Origin: Macrostomum hystrix
Lineage: Eukaryota > Animalia > Platyhelminthes
DNA length: 64,000 nucleotides
NCBI GenBank assembly: GCA_950097015.1
Contig: CATNEN010000001.1
Location: 6,386,001-6,450,000 of the forward strand
Reading direction: 5' to 3'
Shown: positions 12,447-24,800 of the stretch, one piece after another
How the letters are laid out: every line of letters starts with the position of its first letter
Position numbering within the stretch: position 1 is the stretch's first letter
Made by a program: the position numbers and the translations under genes
The notes under the pieces: generated by a model
Told to the model about the DNA's origin: nothing
Seen by the model: the letters and a program-made list of their open reading frames with translations, nothing else
Databases searched by the model: none

Positions 12447-13521
12447 CCACAGTACAATTCAAAATTAGTTTCCTCTCATCCTCATAAATCAATTGTGAAG
12501 AATTTATTTAGTTAAATACCATCCATCAAGAGTTTGGCTGTCCGGTTTTCATGGCTGGTAGCAGGGTAGATAATATTTGGGCAGAGAAAGTGTGTTTGTG
12601 TGCAACTGGGCATAACTAAAACTGGATTGGCTGCTCGTGGCAGATGCACAGAAAAAAGCTGAAGTCAAGACAGAAGGTGCACAGCTAGCTTTTTCGGGAT
12701 TGTTCCACAGAAGACTTTAATTTTGCTGTTGAAACGAAAGCTATAGGATTAGAATCTAGATGTACATAGACAACGGACGCCACCCCTAGGAGGGGTTGAG
12801 AAAGAGGAGCAGAACAGCAGTCTATTGGCCCAAATGGTCAGAGCGGGAGAGTGTTGGTGTGTGGGGAAGGAGTTTAAAAGACAGACGTAGCACATTTTCT
12901 AGCCTCCAAAAAATTGAACTCCCGGCATATAAGCGAGTCAGGGATGCCATATTTAGCTGGTGGAGAGAATCCAGCCAGTCACCTTCCATGGTGATTGTCC
13001 TTCCGTCGCTTGAAAAGCACGCATCTTCTTGAATAACAATCGCAGCTATAGAGGCGTCGCGAAAGCAATGTCAGACGGAAGTACAAACTAGTAATACCGG
13101 TGAGTTAAATATGTTATTAAGCTTATAATTAAATTGCATAGTCTATTCATGATGTCTCTAATGCCGTGTTTGATCAGTTATGAGTCATTCATTCTCTAAC
13201 TAGTGATCACAGTTTTATTGTATTACTCCGTAGCTAGCCTATTGTTTCCGCCAGCTAAACTGGCTATTGAGAATTGAAAATTTACTATTTGCACTTTACT
13301 TGTATTTAGGCTTAGCTATACTGTGGTCTGTCTGCCAGTCGGTCTTCCGCGTTCTGTTCAGTTGGTTGATTATCGGTTCTGTAACCAGCTGCACACACGC
13401 GTTCTGACTCATTATATTATTCTTAGAAACTATATGCTCAGTGTGAGAAGAATTAGTGAATTGGTTGCTAGAATATTTGATTCTGTGGAATTAATACTGA
13501 ACTATCATTGTAGGTTAGCTA

Positions 13522-14450
13522 ATGACATACCAATCCATCAGATCATGACATACCAATTCATCAGATCATGACATACCAATGCATCAGATCATGACATACC
13601 AATCCATCAGATCATGACATACCAATGCATCAGATCATGACATACCAATGCATCAGATCATGACATACCAATCCATCAGATCATGACATACCAATGCATC
13701 AGATCATGACATACCAATCCATCAGATCATGACATACCAATGCATCAGATCATGACATACCAATGCATCAGATCATGACATACCAATCCATCAGATCATG
13801 ACATACCAATCCATCAGATCATGACATACCAATCCATCAGATCATGACATACCAATCCATCAGATCATGACATACCAATCCATCAGATCAGGACATACCA
13901 ATCCATCAGATCATGGCATACCAATCCATCAGATCATGACATACCAATGCATCAGATCATGACATACCAATTCATCAGATCATGACATACCAATCCATCA
14001 GATCAGGACATACCAATCCATCAGATCATGACATACCAATCCATCAGATCAGGACATACCAATCCATCAGATCATGGCATACCAATCCATCAGATCATGA
14101 CATACCAATGCATCAGATCATGACATACCAATTCATCAGATCATGACATACCAATCCATCAGATCAGGACATACCAATCCATCAGATCATGACATACCAA
14201 TCCATCAGATCATGACATACCAATCCATCAGATCATGACATACCAATCCATCAGATCTACCAATCCACCAGATCTACCAATCCATCAGATCTACCAATCC
14301 ATCAGATCTTCTAATCCATCAGATCTACCAATCCATCAGATCATGGCATACCTATCCATCAGATCATGGCATACCAATCCATCAGATCATGACATACCCA
14401 ATCCATCAGGTCTTGAAGTATGAATCCATCAGGTCTTGAAGTACCAACCC
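13522..14450. repeat. Minisatellite, 23-bp unit GACATACCAATCCATCAGATCAT, with 17-bp derivative units near 14250-14340
   Basis: Direct tandem repetition; degenerate right edge. Confidence 0.96.
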
Positions 14451-14954
14451 ATCTTTGAAAATAAAAAGTCCAACTTCAATAAATAACTTTGATTAATTTA
14501 CATAGGCACCCTCTTGAAGGTATCGCAATAGCAAATCTAAACAGAGCTTGCCGGTAGAAAAGCACGCGCTGTAGTGAAAATCTGCTTGCTTATTTGCTTT
14601 AACATACCATCGATCCAATGACCTAGCTGAGAAAGGTGAATGCTAGCTAGCTAAATGCGAAAGAATTTTAAACAATCGTATTTTATATACAATAATACAG
14701 ACCTGTCAGGCCAGGCTAGCTACCTAGGCTACCTACTTAATATAGTTGTCAATTTATCAGTTTAAGTTTTTCAGCATTGAAAAGCTACTAGGTACTAGGT
14801 CAGCTAAGATATATATGGACTGTACTGCTGACGCTGGTATTCGTTTTGCAAATTGAATCTGAACTACAAGCTAGCAACCATTTAATAATATATATAATTA
14901 CTTACACCTGCCCCGATTAAGTCAGATGTGCAGCAGACAGCACAGTAGCAGATA

Positions 14955-15175
14955 TTGCGAGGTGCGTACGGCTGTTCAGTCCATGGACTGGGGGGACGCC
15001 ACACCCCCCTCAATTACCCCAGCTAGTGCTGGTACCCATTTAACAGCTGGGTGAACTGAAACATGCAGAGCTAAGTATCTTGCTAAAGGACACGAATTGT
15101 TGCAGTTAAATCGGGAATCGAACCCCCGATCTTCAAGTCGTGATTCCAATGCCCTAACCCTTAGGCTACAACCAT
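14955..15175 (-). mobile_element. CORE-type (MIR-like) tRNA-derived SINE, family B
   Basis: Minus strand has A box tagcctaaggg and B box ggttcgattcc. These are followed by gtgtcctttagcaagatacttagctctgcatgtttcagttcacccagctgttaaatggg, which resembles the MIR CORE consensus as I recall it (gtgaccttgggcaagttacttaacctctctgagcctcagtttcctcatctgtaaaatggg). Confidence 0.8.
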
Positions 15176-15812
15176 GTTGTATTAATAGCTAGTCTTTAAA
15201 AAAAACCTTTGCATTTTATCAGCCGTGCCATATTGCGTCACTGTCATTATTCGTATTCAGTTTTTAATAGCAATGACAAGAACTAAACACTTGCTTAACA
15301 AGCCTGCCAAAGTCAGAACTTTTCTATTTAGCCATTTATACAACGGCCACTTGACTGCCAGTTTAAATTTTGGTATTTTACGGCATTCAGTGCTGCATGC
15401 TGTTCAGGCACAGTCTATCTTGTGGGTGAAGAGACATTGCTAGCTATACGCATTGCGAGTGGTTTTATTGATGTTTCGTTGAATTACTATTAGCCAATGG
15501 TAGCATTACATGATGGTGACAGAGACACGCGGATGCTGGATGTACAATGTGCCACCAAACCAATTTGTGACTCAACAGAAATTGTTTCCACACAAGCTTA
15601 TATAACAGGCGCAAAGTGTTTAAACATTTGGCTGGAGTGGAAAGACAAATTATAGCCCATTGCGATAGCGCAGTGGCAACAAACATTTTTCTAACAAAAA
15701 TATTTAATACCCATCAAATTTTTAGAGATTTGAAATTTATCGCACTATGTAAGCAGTCCGAAGCGCAGTGGAATCAATTCAACAGAAGTCTGTCAAACCA
15801 ATTCGGGGAGCA

Positions 15813-18800
15813 ATGCTCTGGCTAATGCTTCAGCTTCTGTTGGCATTCGCCTGTCAATGTCAACAGTTCAGCTCGTACAGTGGTCGCAATTTCACCCACA
15901 TGGAACTTTTCTCCATCGACGGTCGAGAACTGGTCTTGGTCGCGTCGAAGAACGGCCTGCTTCGACTCAGTGCGGACCTGAGCACCGCGGCCCTGACTAA
16001 ATTGGGTCCGTTGAACGACTCTGAGAACTGCACGCCGCTCCAGATTAACCAGGGTAAGCACGGATGCAACTTGGCTCCGACCGACAATTACATTCGAGCT
16101 ACGCGCATTGTTAACAACTCGCGCTTGTACTTCTGTATGAGCTACCTCAGCGGCAGCTGTGCCAGTGTCCAGCTAGTATCGTTGGAGAGGCCAATGCCAG
16201 TCAATACAACCGCTGTGTCAGCAATGTTGAGCAGTTCTGTTGGCAGCCTACTCTGTAGAAATCCGGAGTCTGGCATCTTTCTGACGGTGTCAGATCGCAG
16301 TCTGGGCGGCGGTAGGAGCGACCCGGACGCTTTGTACCTCACTATGCCATTCTGCATACCTCTAAACGAGCCAACCCTGGCCATTGTGGATCCGAGAACG
16401 CTACAAAAGTACTCAGTTACCGATACTCTGAACTCATTCCCAGTCGAGATTGTGCCCCGTCGGGATTTCACCCGACCTGGCGGCCTGACGCATCACGCGT
16501 CGTTCAGAAGAGTCTCCAGAGCGGCTACCGGTTGGCGGTCCTGCGTCTACTTTGTCCTGACCGCGTATGACGGCGCGTCCAGGCAAACTCGAATTCGATT
16601 AGCTCGACTTTGCTCCGACGATTTGAACCTGTCGAATTATGTGGAGACTTTCATTGACTGCGGCTGCAGCGGTTCCGACGATTGCGTTGGTGCAGCCGCC
16701 GCTGTCATCACAGCAGGTGAGTAGCATAGCCGATTTTTTGCAATAAAATGGTTAGGGAGGTAGATACTAATGGGTGGCAAAAGAAACTGTAAAAGAGCAC
16801 ATTACTATGACAGCAGATGTCCTAAATAGTATTAATAATAAGCACTGTGGGCACTGGCGCATCATTTGGTGACCCGCAGCCAATTCTGACCCATTTCGCT
16901 GACTCCTGAGCACGCACGGACACAGATACCGTACGCAGGCACTCCCTCACACAGGTGTGTACACCTGCCATGACTTTCTCATCGTCAGGCAGTGTACACT
17001 CTCACTGTGCCTTGGAGGTTGGCCGTCAAAAGTGTTGATTGCATGACAAGCCCCCCAAGCCTTCTCTCCGCGGCTGCGCCTCAAATGAATGTGGCCTCGC
17101 CGCGGAATCGAGCTCAAGGACCTTGATGCGAGAGGCAACCAAGAGGCCACAGCAACTCATATAGAAACTTTTGTGTACACCTATTGATCAACACTTGCCC
17201 TAATGCGAAGTTGAATTGCAACCTACAATCTCTAGAGTGTGTTTCATGTAACTATGTTATGGGGCCAGTCAACAACCCTTAGTACCAAATCATAAAGAGC
17301 TGGTCGAATATTGGGAATTTTCCCAGTGTCCTGACCCAACAGCCAACTAGCAACTGGGCGGCTAAAATATGAAAATTGCATTCCGCCAGTGGTCGTATTT
17401 CCATTCGAATGCTTTCTCTCTCTCCAGATATTTTTGGTCTATCTATATTCCTAAGCCTCTGAAAGCTTCAGTACAGTACTCGCGGTCAATTGACTGCAAA
17501 TATCTCATCGATATTAGCAGTCTCTTCTCCATCAAGATGGATGTGTGTGTTCAACCACTCGTACGAGCTATTTACAATGAGCCTAGAGATATAGGCCTAG
17601 GGTGGGAGTGGAGATATGGCCCTCCGAGGCGTCTGTCTTACTAGTCGTAAAATGCATCCGTGTACTTTTAGCAGCTTTTTAGTATCTATCCAACGCCTTA
17701 TAACAGTGTTATAGATTCAAGACGGATCTAGCTGAGGCGGTAAAGACGACACTTTTTTTCTGGAGTAATAAATTATATAATTAGGCGGTTTGTTAGAATT
17801 AGAAGTACATTTCTGGTCCGAATACAAGATCAGAGCATACTAACTGAGCTTTAGGTATACTAAATGAGTGTTATACAGCAATGGATAAGGCCAACATATT
17901 TCTCTTCTACAACTCGTCTTTCTGCAAATGAAATGCAGGCACCATTTTTATAAACTGTATAGGGCCCGCCGGATCACTTCTCTCCACTAGGCGCGGTTCC
18001 CCAACAAACTCGATGTCTCGATGTTTTCCAAATTTTTCTCTCTCGGGGGAGATTGACCAATTCCTATCTGTCGCTCTTACATCCCCTCTTTTGCTAGATC
18101 ATTTCCTAAACTCCACTGACCGCACCCCTCTGCGCCAAAGGCATGGTACTAACAGTTTACGAAGCTGGGATCGAGATGAGAGAGGAAGCAAGGCCAAGTC
18201 AGGCAGTCGGAGAAGGAAATGGGGTAGATAGCGGGGCCAAGTATGCACAATGTACGCCGAAATGGGTTGTGCAGAAAGCTAGCTAGCTAACCAACCATTT
18301 GCATTGATTGTGTACTGCGTGCAGCATGGGGAATGTTCCTTGTCCGTATTTGATGCCTCTATAACCAATGTCTAAGTGGTCTAGAAGAGCAAGTAGGGAC
18401 ATGCTTTTTCAAAGGAATGCACAACTAGATTCAGTGCATGCACTTTCCACATGGGACTCGGATATGCAACAGCGGATGCAAAAGTCTTAGAATCTTAGGT
18501 TCACATCTTCACCAAATTGGATTCACATCTTCACCAAATGGGATTCACATTTTCACCAAATTGGATTCACATTTTCACCAAATTGGATTCACATTTTCAC
18601 CAAATTGGGTTCACTTCTTCACCAAATTGGATTCACATTTTCACCAAATTGGATTCACATTTTCACCAAATTGGATTCACATTTTCACCAAATTGGATTC
18701 ACTTCTTCACCAAATTGGATTCACATCTTCACCAAATTGGATTCACATCTTCACCAAATTAGATTCACGTCTTCACCAAATTGGATTCACTTCTTCACCA

Positions 18801-21800
18801 AATTGGATTCACATCTTCACCAAATTAGATTCACGTCTTCACCAAATTGGATTCACATCTTCACCAAATTGGATTCACATCTTCACCAAATCGGATTCAC
18901 ATCTTCACCAAATCGGATTCACATCTTCACCAAATCGGATTCACATCTTCACCAAATCGGATTCACATCTTCACCAAATCGGTTCACATCTTCACCAAAT
19001 CGGATTCATGTACTGTGTCTGTGTGCGTGTGTGCTCAGGAGTCAGCGGAATGGGCAGAATTGCCTCCTCGCTGGCTGCGGGTCTGGTGTCACCAGTGGAT
19101 GCACCATTGACCTAGTACTCGTAAAAAAAATTTCCTCTAGTTTCATTATGTCTATGGTCCAACCCACCGCTGAATTCACGCAGGCAATCACCTGGCCAAG
19201 TTGTTGAACATCTCGCTCGTCAATGATGCCGCCGATCTGGAAGTTCTCCTTCTAACTTCCCGCGTTAACGGGCAAAATTTTGTCTGCTCAGTTTCCATGG
19301 CAACCGCTGATCAGCTATTGGACGCCATTCTCGACGACTGTCGCGTGGGTCGCTCTACAGCTTACTACGGCCCGGCCTATCTGCGCGAGAAGCAGCGATG
19401 TTCTCAGCCATCCGGCCCGATGAGCGGACCAGCTTCGAGGCGGGGAGGACCCGATGTGGTGTCCTGGGCCGGCGTTTTCAGCACAGATCGCCTGCGAGTC
19501 CTCGGAGCCACTGTACTAGTACACCTGGGCAATGCCATAACGGCGACGTCGATTGACGCTGTGGCAACCACTCGCGGAGACACTCTTGTTTATGTCGGAA
19601 CATTCGCTGGTCGAGTGTTCGGCTATCGAGTCAACTCGACTAGTCCGTTCTTTGTGGCTCAACTGCGCGGAGGCAGCAGTGTGCTGGCTGTGCGAACAGG
19701 TCGAAATAGGATCTTTGCGCTCACCGGGGACAAGGTGAGAGTGGGGGCAGAGATTTGGAAAGATGAGTGACAAAATTTTAATGTTAAGGAACGAAGAGAT
19801 TTTTGCAAATGAAGGATAAGGTTTTGGAGAATTAAAGGTGAGATTAAAAAAATGAAGGGTGAGATTTTAAGGGATGAAGGGTGAGATTTTGGGGAATAAA
19901 GGGTGATATTTTAAAGGATAAAGGGTGAGATTTCAAATAATGAAAGGTGAGATTCAAAAGAATGAAGGATAAAATTTGGGAGAATTCAAGGTGAGATAAA
20001 AAAATGAAGGGTGAGATTTTAAAGAATGAAGGGTGAGATTTAAAAGAATGAAGGGGGAGATTTTAAAGGATGAAGTGTGAGATTTCAAAGGATGAAGTGT
20101 GAGATTTTAAAGAATGAAGGGTGAGATTTTGAAGGATGAAGGGTTGGTGGAGGCATGAGATTTTGTTTTTGAAGCGATCTATCATCTATCTATATATTTT
20201 TATCCGCTTATAAATCCCTAGAAAGAGGGCCAATTGGGAGCCAGTTAAATAATCAGCAACAGCGCTAACTGTGCCAGCTACTAACAGTTGCATCAGTCCC
20301 ATTCCATCCCATTTTCTTACACATTTAATTTCCCCCGCGACGCCAAATTTTTGGTTGGCAGCTTTCCCCGGGGCGACCTCCCTTGGGAATAAACTTAGGC
20401 ATCAAAATGAGGACGGGGAATGAGTGGGTGAAGGGAAGATTCCACGATGCCAAATTTGGCGAATTGAGCAAGATAGAAAACAGCTCAAGAGAAGACTAGA
20501 GGGATTAGGACAGAAGCAGTGGGTAGTTTTTGCAATCAAGAGCAGACAAACCGGCAGTTAGGCTTCCCTTATTCGGCTGCCTAAAACGAAGGCTAGTCCA
20601 CGCTCCGTTGATATATATATATTTACAGCTAGCCTATGGGACTTGCTCCCTTCGACGCCCACCACCATAAGTAGTTCAGGCTATAGAGCCTTTAGCTTCC
20701 CTCCCCAAGGCACTTGACTTGCCTGCGTGGGCGGGCCCTAGGGGGCTTGATCTGTTTCTGTCTGCTTTCGGCCCGCTCCGCTGCTTTCGGTTGCGAATCG
20801 ACCCTCTGTATAGACTGCATTACATAAGCACAATCTCTGGCAATGGGTTATTGGGGCTGTTCGCAGTTTTGTCTTATATGGGTTGCGTAATAGAAAATAG
20901 GGAGAATATCGTACCGATAAAAAAACTAAAGCTGCTGCTGCTGTTGCTGAAAATACCGCACGTAATATATATACATATAGGCTATATAGTCACAATACAC
21001 TGTTGCTTCCAGTCAGTCAGTCAATCAGACATAGCGGCTCAGTTATTATCCCACACCCTATAGAGACTAAAGCAATTTGAAGCGCAGAAAAAAAGCTATC
21101 CAACTTTGTGTATCGCATTGCGTAATCCTTGCAGTTTCTGTTTAACCTCCGTTCAACTGCTAAAAGCTGAAGCTGTCTGAAGCTTGGCAAGCATTATCGA
21201 CAGTATTTTCTATGAATAGTTGCTCCTGCTGTCTTAAATTGCTGTCAAACCAATAGGCACCCTGGATGTCTCTTATACTAGTATATCGAATTGCAAAAAG
21301 AATTCACGAATTAACTTTGTACGTAGCTATAGTAATACCTTAGAAATCCGTGATTTTAATCCCAGTTCCTCTTTCTGCCTGATTCTAAGAAATCCGTGAT
21401 TAGAATCCCAGTTCCTCTTTTTGTCTGATTCTAAGAAATCCGTGATTAGAATCCCAGTTTCTCTTTCTGTCTGATTCTATGAAATCCGTGATTTTAATCC
21501 CATTTTCTCTTTTTCTCTTAATCTTAGAAATCCGTGATTAGAATCCAAGTTTCCCTTTTTGTCTAATTCTAAGAAATCCGTGATTAGAATCCAAGTTTCC
21601 CTTTTTGTCTAATTCTAAGAAATCCGTGATTAGAATCCAAGTTTCCCTTTTTGTCTAATTCTAAGAAATCCGTGATTTTAATCCCAGTTCCTCTTTTTGT
21701 CTGATTCTTAGAAATCCGTGATTAGAATCCAAGTTTCCCTTTTTTCTAATTCTTAGAAATACGTGATTAGAATCCCAGTTTCTCTTTCTGTCTGATTCTA

Positions 21801-24800
21801 TGAAATCCGTGATTTTAATCCCATTTTCTCTTTTTCTCTTAATCTTAGAAATCCGAGATTAGAATCCAAGTTTCCCTTTTTGTCTAATTCTAAGAAATAC
21901 GTGATTAGAATCCAAGTTTCCCTTTTTGTCTGATTCTAAGAAATCCGTGATTTTAATCCCAGTTCCTCTTTTTGTCTGATTCTTAGAAATACGTGATTAG
22001 AATCCAAGTTTCCCTTTTTTCTAATTCTTAGAAATACGTGATTAGAATCCCAGTTTCTCTTTCTGTCTGATTCTATGAAATCCGTGATTTTAATCCCATT
22101 TTCTCTTTTTGTCTTAATCTTAGAAATCCGTGATTAGAATCCAAGTTTCCCTTTTTGTCTGATTCTAAGAAATCCGTGATTTTAATCCCAGTTCCTCTTT
22201 TTGTCTGATTCTTAGAAATCCGTGATTAGAATCCAAGTTTCCCTTTTTTCTAATTCTTAGAAATACGTGATTAGAATCCAAGTTTCCCTTTTTTTCTACT
22301 TCTTAGAAATACGTGATTAGAATCCCAGTTCCTCTTTTTGTCTGATTCTAAGAAATCCGTGATTAGAATCTCAGTTTCTCTTTCTGTCTGATTCTTAGAA
22401 ATCCGTGATTAGAATCCAAGTTTCCCTTTTTGTCTAATTCTTAGAAATCCGTGATTAGAATCCCAGTTCCTCTTTTTATCTGATTCTAAGAAATCCGTGA
22501 TTTGAATCCCAGTTTCTCTTTCTGTCTGATTCTAAGAAATCCGTGATTTGAATCCCAGTTTCTCTTTCTGTCTGATTCTAAGAAATCCGTGATTAGAATC
22601 CCAGTTTCTCTTTCTGTCTGTTTCTTAGAAATCTGTGATTTGAATCCCAGTTTGTCTGGTTTGTTTTTTCTAGAAAAATTATTTAAAAATTGTAAGCCAA
22701 TTTAAGATTAACTTTGGACACACGAGATTTGAAGCAGATTTTAGCCATAAAATTTAATTACTTGAATTTAGGCCAAACATGAAGGCGAGGTGTAATGAGT
22801 CATCTTTGCTGCTACAAAACGCTTGCAAACAAAGTAGCAAACAATGATTTTTATCAGCAACTGCAGCAGCAACAGCAGCACAGCTATTTTTATTAAGGTC
22901 ATGATCTTCAGATTGGAAGACTATTTTGGTTATGCGAGTTGAGAGTTGGAAACTGAAATGTTGGCCAGTTGGGCCAAGCTGACACAGCCGCAGCTTCTAA
23001 AGTTTGCGTGTACAAGCTTTCCTGTCCATGGACAGGAGAGGCCGCCACACCCACCCCCAAAGTTCTGTCCTAGCTAATGCTGATACCCATTTACTGTTGT
23101 CGTTTAATAATGATACGAGTAATTATAATTGCAGCAGGGCTGCGGGCAATGGCACATCATTTGGTGACTCCAAAACATAGTCGCAACATAGGTAGTCACT
23201 TTCTCATCGTCAGGCAGTGTGCACTTCAACTGCTAAGGAGGTTGGCCCTCAAAGGTGGAAATTGCACTACAAGCCTTCACCCCAAATGAATGTGGTCTCG
23301 CCGCGGAATCGAGCTCGGGGACCTTGGTGCGAGAGGCAAACGCGTGAACCGTTCTCCCATTCACCCCCTACAACTGGGTGTCTATAGCTCAATGACACAA
23401 ATGATCTCAATTTTAATTTTCAAAACTTTATTTTTCAAAAAGTTTTCGCTAACTTTTCTTGATTTTCTTTCACACAGCGGTTTAGATATTTTCAACTTGC
23501 TACCTTCAAGACTTCACTTTTCAAAACTGAATTTCACCGAGAATAACACTTTCACGCTAATCGCTTGATGACCAAGGAGTTATCTTCCAAGCGATTAAAG
23601 ATTATCCCCTAATGCACTGTCAATAATGCTTACCAGAATGCCTTTCAGCAGCCTAGCCTCTTTTCCTAAATAATCCGGAAGAGAGAGAGCGGCTTTAATA
23701 AAGAGAAGAATGACCTTAGAAAGGTCGTAGAAGCAGCGAGGTTAGGCCAACTAAATTTTCTTTTTTTCTAGTGAAAGCGAATCTTACTGCACGAAGTTAA
23801 ATTAATTAAGAATGCTTAAGTAGGGCTTTTCATTTCTGCTGGCATTTAACTAAATGAGTCTTATAATAGATTGGAGGCTGAGAATGAGAGGTAGATAGGA
23901 TGGTGAGAATGAGAAGTAGATTGGAGGGTGAGAATGAGAAGTAGATTGGAGGGTGAGAATGAGAAGTAGATTGGAGGGTGAGAATGAGAGGTAGCTTGGA
24001 GGGTGAGAATGAGAGGTAGATTGGATGGTGAGAATGAGAAGTAGATTGGAGGGTGAGAATGAGAGGTAGCTTGGAGGGTGAGAATGAGAAGTAGATTGGA
24101 GGGTGAGAATGAGAAGTAGATTGGAGGGTGAGAATGAGAAGTAGATTGGAGGGTGAGAATGAGAAGTAGATTGGAGGGTGAGAATGAGAGGTAGCTTGGA
24201 GGGTGAGAATGAGAGGTAGCTTGGAGGGTGAGAATGAGAAGTAGATTAGAGGGTGAGAATGAGAAGTAGATTGGAGGGTGAGAATGAGAGATAGATTGAT
24301 AGATTTTAAGGTGAGAATGAGAGGTAGATTAGAGGGTGAGAATGAGAGGTAGCTTGGAGGGTGAGAATGAGAGGTAGCTTGGAGGGTGAGAATGAGAGGT
24401 AGCTTGGAGGGTGAGAATGAGAAGTAGATTGGAGGGTGAGAATGAGAAGTAGCATGGAGGGTGAGAATGAGAAGTAGATCTGAGGGTGATAATGAGAGAT
24501 AGATTGATAGATTTTAGGGTGAGAATGAGAAGTAGATTAGAGGGTGAGAATGAGAGGTAGCTTGGAGGGTGAGAATGAGAAGTAGCATGGAGGGTGAGAA
24601 TGAGAGGCAGCTTGGAGGGTGAGAATGAGAAGTAGATTAGTATATTGTAGGGTGAGAATGAGAGGTAGATTGGTAGATTTTAGGGTGAGAATGAGAAGTA
24701 GATTCGAGAATGAGAATTGAAAGTAAATTGGAGGGTGAGAATGAGAAGTAGATTGGAGGATGAGATTGAGCAGTAGTTAGGAGGGTGAAAGCAGACAAAC

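Noticed and set aside
8977-12492. 1171-aa Ser/Pro/Thr/His/Leu ORF resembling an extensin or mucin
   Set aside because: It is the stop-poor pyrimidine strand of a 19-bp repeat whose unit is not a multiple of three; no signal peptide and no ATG start.
12500-13050. Possible minus-strand exons (IVIQEDACFSSDGRTITMEGDW...)
   Set aside because: Short open frame, no recognisable domain, and no consistent splice path.
15100-15175. Functional tRNA genes at SINE heads
   Set aside because: A/B boxes are present, but I could not build a full cloverleaf, and the sequence continues into repeat bodies.
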